From assembly GCA_963667175.2 (NCBI GenBank), contig CAXXXF010000004.1:18361-82360 (forward strand): a stretch of DNA of 64,000 nucleotides, given 5' to 3'. The DNA comes from Candidatus Latescibacterota bacterium (GTDB taxonomy: Bacteria > Latescibacterota > UBA2968 > GCA-2709665). Every line of letters starts with the position of its first letter. Position 1 is the stretch's first letter. The notes beneath the pieces are model-generated. The model was not told the DNA's origin and did not search any database. It was given only the letters and a program-made list of their open reading frames with translations. Below, piece after piece: positions 56,226-64,000 of this stretch. Position numbers and translations under genes: made by a program.

Positions 56226-56585
56226 ATGACTCAGCGTCTGAACTTCGACTTTGAAGCCTTCTACAGGGCACTAAGCACGACCGTGACGGCTCGAGAAGTC
56301 AGTTGGAAAGCTGTAAGCGAGCAGACTGGCGTCTCTCAGTCCACGTTGTCCAGGATGTCGAAGGGGCGGCAACCGGATGCCGCCAGCCTGACGGCGCTGT
56401 GCGCATGGTCGGGCCTCAACCCCGTGGATTTCACGACGGCGCCGAAGAACAACCCTGAACCCGTTGCCACGGTAACTAGGCTGCTCCGTGCAGACCCGAA
56501 CCTCAATAAGGACGGCGCGGATGCGTTAGAGGCCATCATCACGGCGGCCTACGAAAGGCTTAAACGGCCGTCGTCAGATCTCTAA
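56226..56585 (+). CDS. XRE-family helix-turn-helix transcriptional regulator
   Basis: 119 aa. HTH VSWKAVSEQTGVSQSTLSRMSKGRQP. Confidence 0.8.
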   Translation: MTQRLNFDFEAFYRALSTTVTAREVSWKAVSEQTGVSQSTLSRMSKGRQPDAASLTALCAWSGLNPVDFTTAPKNNPEPVATVTRLLRADPNLNKDGADALEAIITAAYERLKRPSSDL

Positions 56586-56782
56586 TCTTGCTTGTCCTTG
56601 TCCGCCTGAGACGGCTTTGATGCGGCAATTCGCAGTTCGGCAGCCAATTCCTCACGCTCTCGGATGCTCTTAGCGATTTCCGGGACGGCTTGTTCCATCT
56701 CTTGGCGCAAGTCATCGAGCATGGCTTGGTCCTCCGTTGCCGGGCTGAATTTCCCCAAGTATTCCTTGAACTTTTGGTTCAT
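56582..56782 (-). CDS. Small charged coiled-coil protein (66 aa), translationally coupled to the peptidase gene
   Basis: The ATG overlaps the upstream stop (ATGA) and GGAGGAGAGGA lies immediately upstream. MNQKFKEYLGKF...REREELAAELRIAAS...DKDKQD. No homolog recognised. Confidence 0.55.
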   Translation of the reverse strand: MNQKFKEYLGKFSPATEDQAMLDDLRQEMEQAVPEIAKSIREREELAAELRIAASKPSQADKDKQD

Positions 56783-58302
56783 TCCTCTCCTCCAGTTTCT
56801 GCGGCTACTTCGCTCGTACTCGTGGATGCCGGTGATTCGTGGACCGGACGAAGATTGAGCTCGATCCGTGGTAGAGGTCCGAGGTTTGTGCGACTGAGGC
56901 GGATGGATGTGGGTTTCATCTCTGCCGACGTCCGATCGAAGACGTGCGCCACTTCCTCATCATGTAACAACCAGATCGGTACTTTGTCCGTTGGACTCGC
57001 GGTAGCGTCTACGATCGCCCTTGCGGCAACGTGCCCGGCTTGCCATTGCGCGACGCTGCAGTACTCGACAACCCACACGAATTTAGCCGTGTCTAAATGC
57101 ATCAATAGACCGACGAGGCCGTCGCCGAGATTCGTGCGGTAGTTGCGTGCATGCTCACGAAGATTGGAGACCGTCGTGATGAAATAACGCCGTAACTCGA
57201 GCGGCTCCTGATCTGGTCCGCGCGCACGTCCCAAGGATCCCTCGACTCGTTGGCTCAAGGCGTCTATAGCATCGGCGGGGTAGAAGATTTTGTCAGGCAA
57301 TGCAACGATGAACGCCTCGAACGAGTCGGCGGAATACGACGTCTGTCCGGCTTGGGTTCCGTGCAAGTTTAGCGGAACGGTAGCATAGGGAAGTAGGTTG
57401 TCGTCCACGGTCAGCAGTGTTTCAACTTGCGTCCAGACATGCGATAAAGAAGCCTGCTGTGGTATTGCGGTTTGCTTCCAATTGTGGCCGACGATGACTA
57501 CGGCGTGGGTCTCGCTGGGCATGGCAACGAACAACGGGAAACCCGATTCCAGATAGGCAAGCAACTGGGAGAAAAACGCCGCGTCGGAAGCGGAATTACG
57601 CTTGCCGACGAGCAACGGGAAACAGCCAGCCGCCTGAAATACACGTTCAGCTTCCAAGACATTGAAGCCAAGTGACGGCACCAATCCGCCAGGGTCGAAC
57701 GGGGCGACGAGCTTTGTTACGTCGTGGACGAGATACTCACGATGTCGCGAATATGTCTCGCTGTAATATCGAAGAACAGCCCAGCAAGCCACATGGGCGC
57801 ACACTGCAATGTCAACATGCTGGGCCATCGAGGGGAACCCCCATACGGGTAATCGATGACCAAGCAGGTTGACGTGGTGAACTGACTGAATTGCCCTACC
57901 ACGCGCGCCTAACCGAATGTCGGGAGAGAGCACGGATCGCCCTAACGTGGCGACGATAGTCGGCCTTAACACGATGTATCCGAAGTAATGGTCTTGCGGG
58001 TGGCCGTCATTAGCCACGATATCGGCCAGATCTTCGTCATACCTAACCGTTCCGTCGAAGAAGTGCAGACGGACACAATCTGGGCGGTACTGCCGGCCCT
58101 TCTTAGCATAGAAATTATAGAACGTGCTACGATAATCCTTGTCGACGTATCCGTGCTCGACAAGCAATCCCTTGACAGCGTCTGTTACCTGAGTTTTGAG
58201 ACGCTGGGCGATGTCCTTGGGATCGAATTCCGGTTCTATCACGTCGATAAGACGGTCGTACTTCTTGGGGGAGTCGAGATCGATCCAATCGTAGGAAGCC
58301 AA
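56779..58302 (-). CDS. Papain-fold (C39-like) cysteine peptidase domain protein with unassigned N- and C-terminal domains
   Basis: 507 aa, TTG start (GGGGA upstream). Central SMAQHVDIAVCAHVACWAVLRYY (Gln...Cys nucleophile pattern) and SETHAVVIVGHNW (His). Confidence 0.6.
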   Translation of the reverse strand: MASYDWIDLDSPKKYDRLIDVIEPEFDPKDIAQRLKTQVTDAVKGLLVEHGYVDKDYRSTFYNFYAKKGRQYRPDCVRLHFFDGTVRYDEDLADIVANDGHPQDHYFGYIVLRPTIVATLGRSVLSPDIRLGARGRAIQSVHHVNLLGHRLPVWGFPSMAQHVDIAVCAHVACWAVLRYYSETYSRHREYLVHDVTKLVAPFDPGGLVPSLGFNVLEAERVFQAAGCFPLLVGKRNSASDAAFFSQLLAYLESGFPLFVAMPSETHAVVIVGHNWKQTAIPQQASLSHVWTQVETLLTVDDNLLPYATVPLNLHGTQAGQTSYSADSFEAFIVALPDKIFYPADAIDALSQRVEGSLGRARGPDQEPLELRRYFITTVSNLREHARNYRTNLGDGLVGLLMHLDTAKFVWVVEYCSVAQWQAGHVAARAIVDATASPTDKVPIWLLHDEEVAHVFDRTSAEMKPTSIRLSRTNLGPLPRIELNLRPVHESPASTSTSEVAAETGGEE

Positions 58303-58672
58303 TGTGATTATTCCCCGTCTGCTGTTTCGCCCGAGAAAGAGACCGTCACCTGGTTCTCATAGTTTAAAACCCCACGAAATCGGCGGCATGGACCGAAAAC
58401 TCCGAATCCGGCGCGCGGTTTCTTCTGGCATGGCGCCTGCTGGGACACCAAGTCGATGAGGCACTGCTCGCTTTCCTCGACATACCACCTGGAGGTACCC
58501 GGCCGCGTCCGCTGTTACAGTGTGGTGCGATCTTTTTCAGACGACAATATTGAACGCGCGGGGAATGGAATGCCCCCATAATAGGTTGGAGCAGGAGATA
58601 ATGCAACCGAGCACTTGACTGAGGCCGCTCCGCGAAGCTCCCGGAAACACTGCGCCTGTTCACCCATTAATT

Positions 58673-59443
58673 CTAAGGCATCCAGATGTTCCACCTGCCG
58701 TATTTTTCCCAGATTCGGCAAGTGTCGCACGTGCACATCCACCGGAGCGCGAAACGCGGTTTGCGGCCTGTATTGAGCGATCCGGCGTGTACCAGCAGAT
58801 AGTGAAAGAAGAGCACATCTCCCCGCGAAGGCCGGATCTCGATCGGTTCTCCCAGATCGAACTTCCGCGTCGGGTTCTGGAAATCAGGCAGCATGCGAAA
58901 CCGTTCGGGATCCCGCGCCGCCGCCTCGCCGAGCGTCCGGTGCGACCCGGGCCAGACCACGGTCCCGCCGCCCTGCGCGGCGCCGGAATCGAGATAGGTC
59001 AGGGACGAGACGCGGAATGACCCCGGAAAGACGTTGAACGGTCGATGTTGGCCATCGGCATGCCCGCTGTGATGATTCCAGCTATCCGAAACCGGAAAGA
59101 CACTGCGTGTCCAGACTGCCTCCGGCTCTGACTTCCGGCAGTGAAATGCATCCGCGTTTTCCCGGGCAAGTTGGCTCTGCGCTTCCTGGAATGCAGGAGT
59201 CCAACAGGCCATCATCGCGGGATCATCGAGTCCGAAGTGTTCAATCACCCCCTGGCTGGCGACGGTCGTCACCCCATCTGAATCGTCCGGCAAAGGAGAC
59301 CACGAATCCCGATTGTCCCGGTCCATCCCAAGAACAGACCACATCGCCGCCTCCGCATCGGCAAGGGTCTCTTCCGGAATCAGTCGCGACACCAGCACGA
59401 ACCCATCCCGGTGATATTTCGACAATTGTTCCTGTGAAAGCAT
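58673..59443 (-). CDS. Phytanoyl-CoA dioxygenase (PhyH) family protein
   Basis: 256 aa, GGGAG RBS. YHRDGFVLV, GHADG, WPGSH, LVHAGS. Confidence 0.8.
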   Translation of the reverse strand: MLSQEQLSKYHRDGFVLVSRLIPEETLADAEAAMWSVLGMDRDNRDSWSPLPDDSDGVTTVASQGVIEHFGLDDPAMMACWTPAFQEAQSQLARENADAFHCRKSEPEAVWTRSVFPVSDSWNHHSGHADGQHRPFNVFPGSFRVSSLTYLDSGAAQGGGTVVWPGSHRTLGEAAARDPERFRMLPDFQNPTRKFDLGEPIEIRPSRGDVLFFHYLLVHAGSLNTGRKPRFALRWMCTCDTCRIWEKYGRWNIWMP

Positions 59444-59457
59444 GGATTACTCCCATC

Positions 59458-59480
59458 TATATCGAGAGAACCTCGATATA
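59458..59480. promoter_or_regulatory. Perfect 9-bp-arm palindrome TATATCGAG-AGAAC-CTCGATATA just upstream of the PhyH start
   Basis: Lies 15 nt upstream of the ATG at 59443. It could be an operator or a 5'-UTR hairpin. Confidence 0.35.
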
Positions 59481-59784
59481 TTTCAATTTCATCAAGTTCC
59501 CGGCGTCACAATCTGTTCTAACCCTTGAGACACGTTTTATTGCCCGCCTTCAAGTCGGGTAATCGACCACTCAACGTTTGCTTGGTTTCCGACATCTTTG
59601 CTGTAACTCGATTTACTCACGATGTGCGGTTGTCAGGGATATCGTTGATTTTGGCTGTCATTCATCGATCTCGCCTGCGTTTGGTGACGGGATCCAGTAC
59701 CTGAAGAATTCGGTGTTTTCTATAGATTTCGCTGTTGGGCTCGGTTCACTCAGCATACATCTCGGTTTTTTGACATAGATTGTA

Positions 59785-60219
59785 TCACTTCAATCGTTTT
59801 ACCCGGATTGCTTTGTCGATTCCGTCAACTTTCATCTTGTACGATCCGCCCGACTTATAGATCAGAACTTTAGGCGTATAGGAATAATGATATGTATAAT
59901 AATACTCGTCTTGTTGCCATATTTGTCCGTTCCACAGTTTGACTATTGTCTCGCCATCCCATCCTTCAAAAGATCCGTCAATCTTGGATTCTATAACGCT
60001 TCCCGTTGAACTATTCTCCTGCTGGATAAACTTAAGGAGCAGATTGACAATGTATGCACGAAGAAGCTCTCGTTCGTGGGATGATAGCTTATGCAATCCC
60101 ATTTTCTTCTGATCTGACTTGGAAATGAGTTGGTCAAGGTTAGGTTTCTGCGGTTTTTCTGCGAACGCCGTTCCCTGAAGAAACAAAACGATCACTACAA
60201 AAAGTGTGGTCGGATTCAT
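59785..60219 (-). CDS. Secreted hypothetical protein (signal peptide; low GC)
   Basis: 144 aa, GGGGGA RBS. N-terminus MNPTTLFVVIVLFLQGTAFA-EKP. C-terminus is a Tyr/Trp-rich beta-type domain (GSFEGWDGETIVKLWNGQIWQQ...YKMKVDG...). Confidence 0.65.
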   Translation of the reverse strand: MNPTTLFVVIVLFLQGTAFAEKPQKPNLDQLISKSDQKKMGLHKLSSHERELLRAYIVNLLLKFIQQENSSTGSVIESKIDGSFEGWDGETIVKLWNGQIWQQDEYYYTYHYSYTPKVLIYKSGGSYKMKVDGIDKAIRVKRLK

Positions 60220-60862
60220 GTGGTCCCCCGATTACCGGTCCGAAATGAAAAAACTCGCGTTGAATTGTATCTGTACATAATCTGGTTGTCAAGTAACGAC
60301 GCAATTGCTAATTGAGAAATTCGGACAATCGGAAGAAAGGGCATGGTCGCGGAGATTCGGAGCGCGAGCGCATCTTTGTTGTCTGTTCTTCCGAAAGGTA
60401 CGAGGTTGAAGAAACAGATGTTGTGTGTCTAAGGACCCGAATTGACTGCATCGCGAATGCAATCGTATTCACAACAGAGATTTCGTGTGAATTAGGCCAG
60501 ATTCAATAGTGAATTTGGCTTATTTTTTGTAGATTATCTCATTGTGAATGTCTTCGTCTGAAAGGCTGAGACCTTCCACCACCTCGCGACGTTTTTGAAA
60601 AATCCGTACACATTAAACGGAGCGCAAGGTAGAAGGGAAAGATACCAAGAGTGCTGCTCAGAAGCCAGTTGAAGGCGGTAAGGAAGCAAAAGACTATTGG
60701 AAGCGACGTTCTCACGTAGACGGGCAACGTCCTCATCAAATGAGATTTCGCGGCGACGGTCGGTGTGCCGAACTTTCATGCAATGCGATCTCAGGCTCCG
60801 ATTATTACGCGACCCAATGCGGGAAAGACCCTAGCGGAATGGCAGTTAAAAGAGAGTAACCA

Positions 60863-63800
60863 ATGATCGAGAGAACATTCCAGGATATCCCTGAGGGCAA
60901 ACTCAGCGAGGCGGATCAACAGTCGTTCCTGGTCGATTTAGGTTGGTCGAGAGGGACGACATGGCTAGACCTCCTGCGCTCAAGGCGCGTGCTGATAATC
61001 TCAGAGGCGGGCGCGGGCAAGACGTATGAATGCGGTAAACAAGCGGAGCGCATGGGGGATGCCGGTGAACCGGCGTTCTTTGTTGAACTGGCGGGCTTGG
61101 GGACGGGAGATCTCCGAAGCCTGCTAAACCACGACGAGGAAGAGCGGCTGGACGCCTGGCTTGCCTCACAGTCCGACGTCGCGACGTTCTTCCTGGACTC
61201 GATCGATGAGCTCAAACTGACCCTCGGTTCATTTAGGCAGGCCCTAAAGCGCTTGAATAATGGCATCGGTAGCCAGCTTGGTCGCGCCCGGATCGTCATT
61301 ACGACGCGACCGACCTCATTTGATGAACACCTTTTGCGTAGCATTCTGCCCGTTCCTCCCTCGCCCTCGGCGTTGCCCAGTGAAGAGTCGTTCGCGAGTA
61401 TCGCAATGCGCGATCAGAAGACCCAACAAGCCGAGAAAAGTGACGATCACGCCCCTCCCGATTGGCGAACCGTTGCGCTGATGCCGCTTTCCGACGAGCA
61501 GATTATCGAGTTCAGCAGCGATCAAGGTGTCGAGGACCCTGCGGCGCTCATGGACGACTTGAAGAGACGGAACGCGGAGGAATTCGCGAGGCGCCCACAG
61601 GACCTGATCGAGTTATGCGCAGATTGGCGGGAACACAAGCGCATCCGAACTCATCGTGATCAAGTGGCGGCAAATGTGCGCGTTAAGCTTCTGCACCGAG
61701 ACGACCGGCACGAACCCGCCGAGCTGTCGGTTGACAAAGCCATTGAGGGTGCGAGCCGATTGGCGCTGGCGATGATGGTTACGCGCCGTATGACAATTCG
61801 ACACAGTGCAGCGTCCGACGTTATCGATCAGGAAGCCGCACTTGATCCCGTGAAGATACTGTCGGATTGGAAACCTGATGAGCGAAAAGCGTTGCTTGAA
61901 CGGCCACTCTTCGGTTTTGCCTCCTACGGGCGTGTGCGTCTTCACCATCGTTCCGTGGTTGAATATTTGGCAGCAGAGCGCCTTCGGACACTTCTCGATA
62001 GGCACAGGTCGTTTCGGGCTCTCAGACGGGTGATCTTCGCGCACACAAGAGGCAAGACCATTGTCCGTCCATCCATGCGACCGATTGCTGGTTGGTTGGC
62101 GCTCGCAGAGGATAGGATGTTCGAAATGCTTCGGGACAACGAACCTGCAGTGCTTCTAGACGAAGGTGACCCTGATGCTCTTTCTAAACCGCAACGCAGC
62201 CAAGCACTCCGTGCCTATGTGGAACGCTATGGTCAAGGAGGACGGCGAGATCTGAACGTTCCATACATCCAGGTTCATCGTTTCGCATCGCCCGAACTGG
62301 CGGACGACGTAAACAAGCTTTGGGCTATAGGTGTCGAAAACCCCGATGTTCGGGAGACGCTCCTCTCTCTCATTGTAGCGGGACGAATCGGTGATTGTGT
62401 TGACATTGCACATGGAGTGGTGCTTGATATTCAAGCGTCTGTTGTAGAGCGGTTGATTGCTGTCGATGCAATGGTTGCGATGCGGGATTCAAGACTCAAG
62501 GGTATCGCGTGTGATTTGGCAACTGCTGATAATCAATGGTCGCACGAACTCGCATTGGGAGTCTTGTTGCGACTGTTTCCGAGAGATCTCTCTATCGATC
62601 AGTTTCTACAGACCTTGAGTTGGTTGAAAAATGGAAAGCGGAATATTCGCGAACTGAGTTGGCAACTACCCCGTCTAATCGCAAATGTCGAGCTTGACCC
62701 GGAAGACCTTAGGTCGCTTCGCGACGGTCTGCTTAAATTGCTTTCTATCGGCCTCCGCTGGCAACAAGAATGGCCACATATTGTCTGTGATCGGTCTTAT
62801 CTAAGCGGCGCATTGGCCGCGGCATGCGTGCGCGGACTCGGCCGGAGGGAAACCGATGGCTGGCTGCACGCGAGCGTTCTGGCGCTTCGTTTGCAAGATG
62901 ATCGCGAATACAACAGTAATGAGACGCATATTGCGCTTCGCGAGCGACTGAAGAAATTAGCTGCTGACGAGAACGCGCGCCTCTTTTGGGCGGAAGACGC
63001 TTTGCTTCAATCACTCCGTGCCATCGACGATCCCTGGCAGCGCTTCGCGGAAATTGCGTTACACGACGGACCCGTCGAGCTTCGTGCAGAGCGGGATCTG
63101 GACTGGATCAAGGAAACTCTTGGCGATACGGATCGCTCCGAAAATGACCGAGCAATGCTTTTGGAAGCGGCAATGCGCCTACGGCCAAACCAAAAACAGT
63201 GGCGAGATCATGTCACGAGTTTGAAGGCGCTGGTTGCCGATCTGCCATGTCTCCTTGCGGTAATCGATGAGCGGCTGAAGCAATCCAAGCATGACGAAGA
63301 GAAAGAGCGCTGGAAGAAAAGGAAGGAAGTGCGCAAGAACGAACGAGAGCGGCAGGCTGCCAAGGCCCGGGCTAGTTGGATCAAGTTCTGGCGGTTCGTC
63401 GCGGAACACCCTGACGAAGCTTTCTCCTCCAAACGTGGTGACAACACAGCATGGACTCTTTGGCGGGTAATGACTCAAGACGGTGAAGATAGCCGTGCAT
63501 CTGGGTGGAATCGGCGTTTCATTGAAGAACATTTCGGAAAGGAAACAGCGAATCGATTGCGACATGTTCTGATGAAAATCTGGCGCGAAGACAATCCCAC
63601 GTTACCAAGCGAAAGACCCGAAGACCAGCGGGGAACCTATCTCGTCTGGTGGCAGTTGGGACTTGCCGCACTCTATGCGGAGGCCGAAGATCCTTCATGG
63701 GCAAACAGGCTAACCTTGGAAGAAGCGAAACTAGCCGCACGATACGCCCCGATCGAACTCAATGGATTGCCGAATTGGATAGAGAGTCTCGCCGACGTCC

Positions 63801-64000
63801 ATCCAAACGCAGTGGATGCAATTCTTGGTAATGAGTTGAGCTGGGATCTGAAAAGAGATCCCGCCGACCACGGCCATTCAATGCTTCTGCAGAGCATCAA
63901 CTTCGCATCAAATTCGGTCGCCAGACTGGTTCTGCCACGACTTAAGGAATGGTTAGATATGGGCGGCGATGTTGGCGAAAATGTGAGCGACCTTTCTGGG
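60863..64000 (+). CDS. STAND/NACHT-like P-loop NTPase, large (>1046 aa; 3' end beyond the window)
   Basis: Frame is open from ATG 60863 to the window end; it is absent from the ORF track because it is truncated. Walker A VLIISEAGAGKTYECG near residue 45, Walker B ATFFLDSIDE, then RIVITTRP, followed by a long helical, repeat-like region. Confidence 0.8.
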   Translation, partial: MIERTFQDIPEGKLSEADQQSFLVDLGWSRGTTWLDLLRSRRVLIISEAGAGKTYECGKQAERMGDAGEPAFFVELAGLGTGDLRSLLNHDEEERLDAWLASQSDVATFFLDSIDELKLTLGSFRQALKRLNNGIGSQLGRARIVITTRPTSFDEHLLRSILPVPPSPSALPSEESFASIAMRDQKTQQAEKSDDHAPPDWRTVALMPLSDEQIIEFSSDQGVEDPAALMDDLKRRNAEEFARRPQDLIELCADWREHKRIRTHRDQVAANVRVKLLHRDDRHEPAELSVDKAIEGASRLALAMMVTRRMTIRHSAASDVIDQEAALDPVKILSDWKPDERKALLERPLFGFASYGRVRLHHRSVVEYLAAERLRTLLDRHRSFRALRRVIFAHTRGKTIVRPSMRPIAGWLALAEDRMFEMLRDNEPAVLLDEGDPDALSKPQRSQALRAYVERYGQGGRRDLNVPYIQVHRFASPELADDVNKLWAIGVENPDVRETLLSLIVAGRIGDCVDIAHGVVLDIQASVVERLIAVDAMVAMRDSRLKGIACDLATADNQWSHELALGVLLRLFPRDLSIDQFLQTLSWLKNGKRNIRELSWQLPRLIANVELDPEDLRSLRDGLLKLLSIGLRWQQEWPHIVCDRSYLSGALAAACVRGLGRRETDGWLHASVLALRLQDDREYNSNETHIALRERLKKLAADENARLFWAEDALLQSLRAIDDPWQRFAEIALHDGPVELRAERDLDWIKETLGDTDRSENDRAMLLEAAMRLRPNQKQWRDHVTSLKALVADLPCLLAVIDERLKQSKHDEEKERWKKRKEVRKNERERQAAKARASWIKFWRFVAEHPDEAFSSKRGDNTAWTLWRVMTQDGEDSRASGWNRRFIEEHFGKETANRLRHVLMKIWREDNPTLPSERPEDQRGTYLVWWQLGLAALYAEAEDPSWANRLTLEEAKLAARYAPIELNGLPNWIESLADVHPNAVDAILGNELSWDLKRDPADHGHSMLLQSINFASNSVARLVLPRLKEWLDMGGDVGENVSDLSG

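Noticed and set aside
58303-58672. 99-aa and 75-aa minus-strand ORFs (58364-58663, 58515-58742) between the peptidase and PhyH genes
   Set aside because: No RBS and no recognisable motif, and they overlap each other. They may be degraded remnants. I saw no integrase or transposase signature.
60220-60862. Small ORFs (60312-60509 +, 60534-60779 -, 60539-60739 -) upstream of the STAND gene
   Set aside because: Mutually overlapping, no RBS, unconvincing translations. Probably non-coding promoter or leader DNA of the island.
1-64000. CRISPR arrays, tRNA/rRNA genes, integrases/transposases, prophage structural genes
   Set aside because: Scanning intergenic regions by eye found no regularly spaced identical direct repeats, no cloverleaf-like tRNA sequence next to either island, and no ORF with recombinase or transposase motifs. 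Absence is by visual inspection only and should be confirmed with tRNAscan-SE, Infernal and ISfinder-type searches.

Overview
The window is a high-GC chromosomal segment from an unidentified, probably environmental, heterotrophic bacterium. I saw no rRNA, tRNA, CRISPR array, integrase or transposase. The core genes cover: (a) sugar-acid and betaine/one-carbon metabolism (YjhG/YagF-type dehydratase, BHMT-like methyltransferase, DMGDH-like oxidoreductase); (b) several phytanoyl-CoA-dioxygenase (PhyH) family genes, a Cys-type sulfatase and a TPP enzyme; (c) hisG-hisI; (d) a long plus-strand polysaccharide-utilisation-like cluster at about 37-53.8 kb, with a heparinase II/III-like protein, an alpha-galactosidase-like TIM barrel, an M81/MlrC peptidase, two amidohydrolases and two large paralogous unknowns. 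Two visibly lower-GC accessory regions interrupt this core. Island 1 (about 6.8-20.7 kb) has all genes on the minus strand: DUF1828/1829 protein, SIR2-like protein, Vsr + Dcm + GHKL-ATPase/PD-(D/E)xK nuclease, an MmeI-like type IIL RM enzyme, an ABC-type ATPase + DUF4276 pair, a DUF2442 protein and Phd/VapC. Structured repeats separate its modules. Island 2 (about 53.9-64 kb) has a ubiquitin-like conjugation operon (Ubl + E2-like + JAB-E1 fusion), an XRE regulator, a convergent papain/C39-like peptidase + small coiled-coil operon, a PhyH gene, a low-GC secreted protein and a >1046-aa STAND/NACHT-like NTPase that runs off the right edge. The best candidates for a poorly described or undescribed system are the Ubl/E2/JAB-E1 locus with its convergent peptidase operon, the SIR2 + DUF1828/1829 pair, and the ATPase + DUF4276 pair. 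Intergenic DNA also carries several repeat families: GC-rich REP-like hairpins, two MITE-like families with terminal inverted repeats, and a ~95-bp repeat. All functional calls rest on motif recognition by eye. No database search was run.
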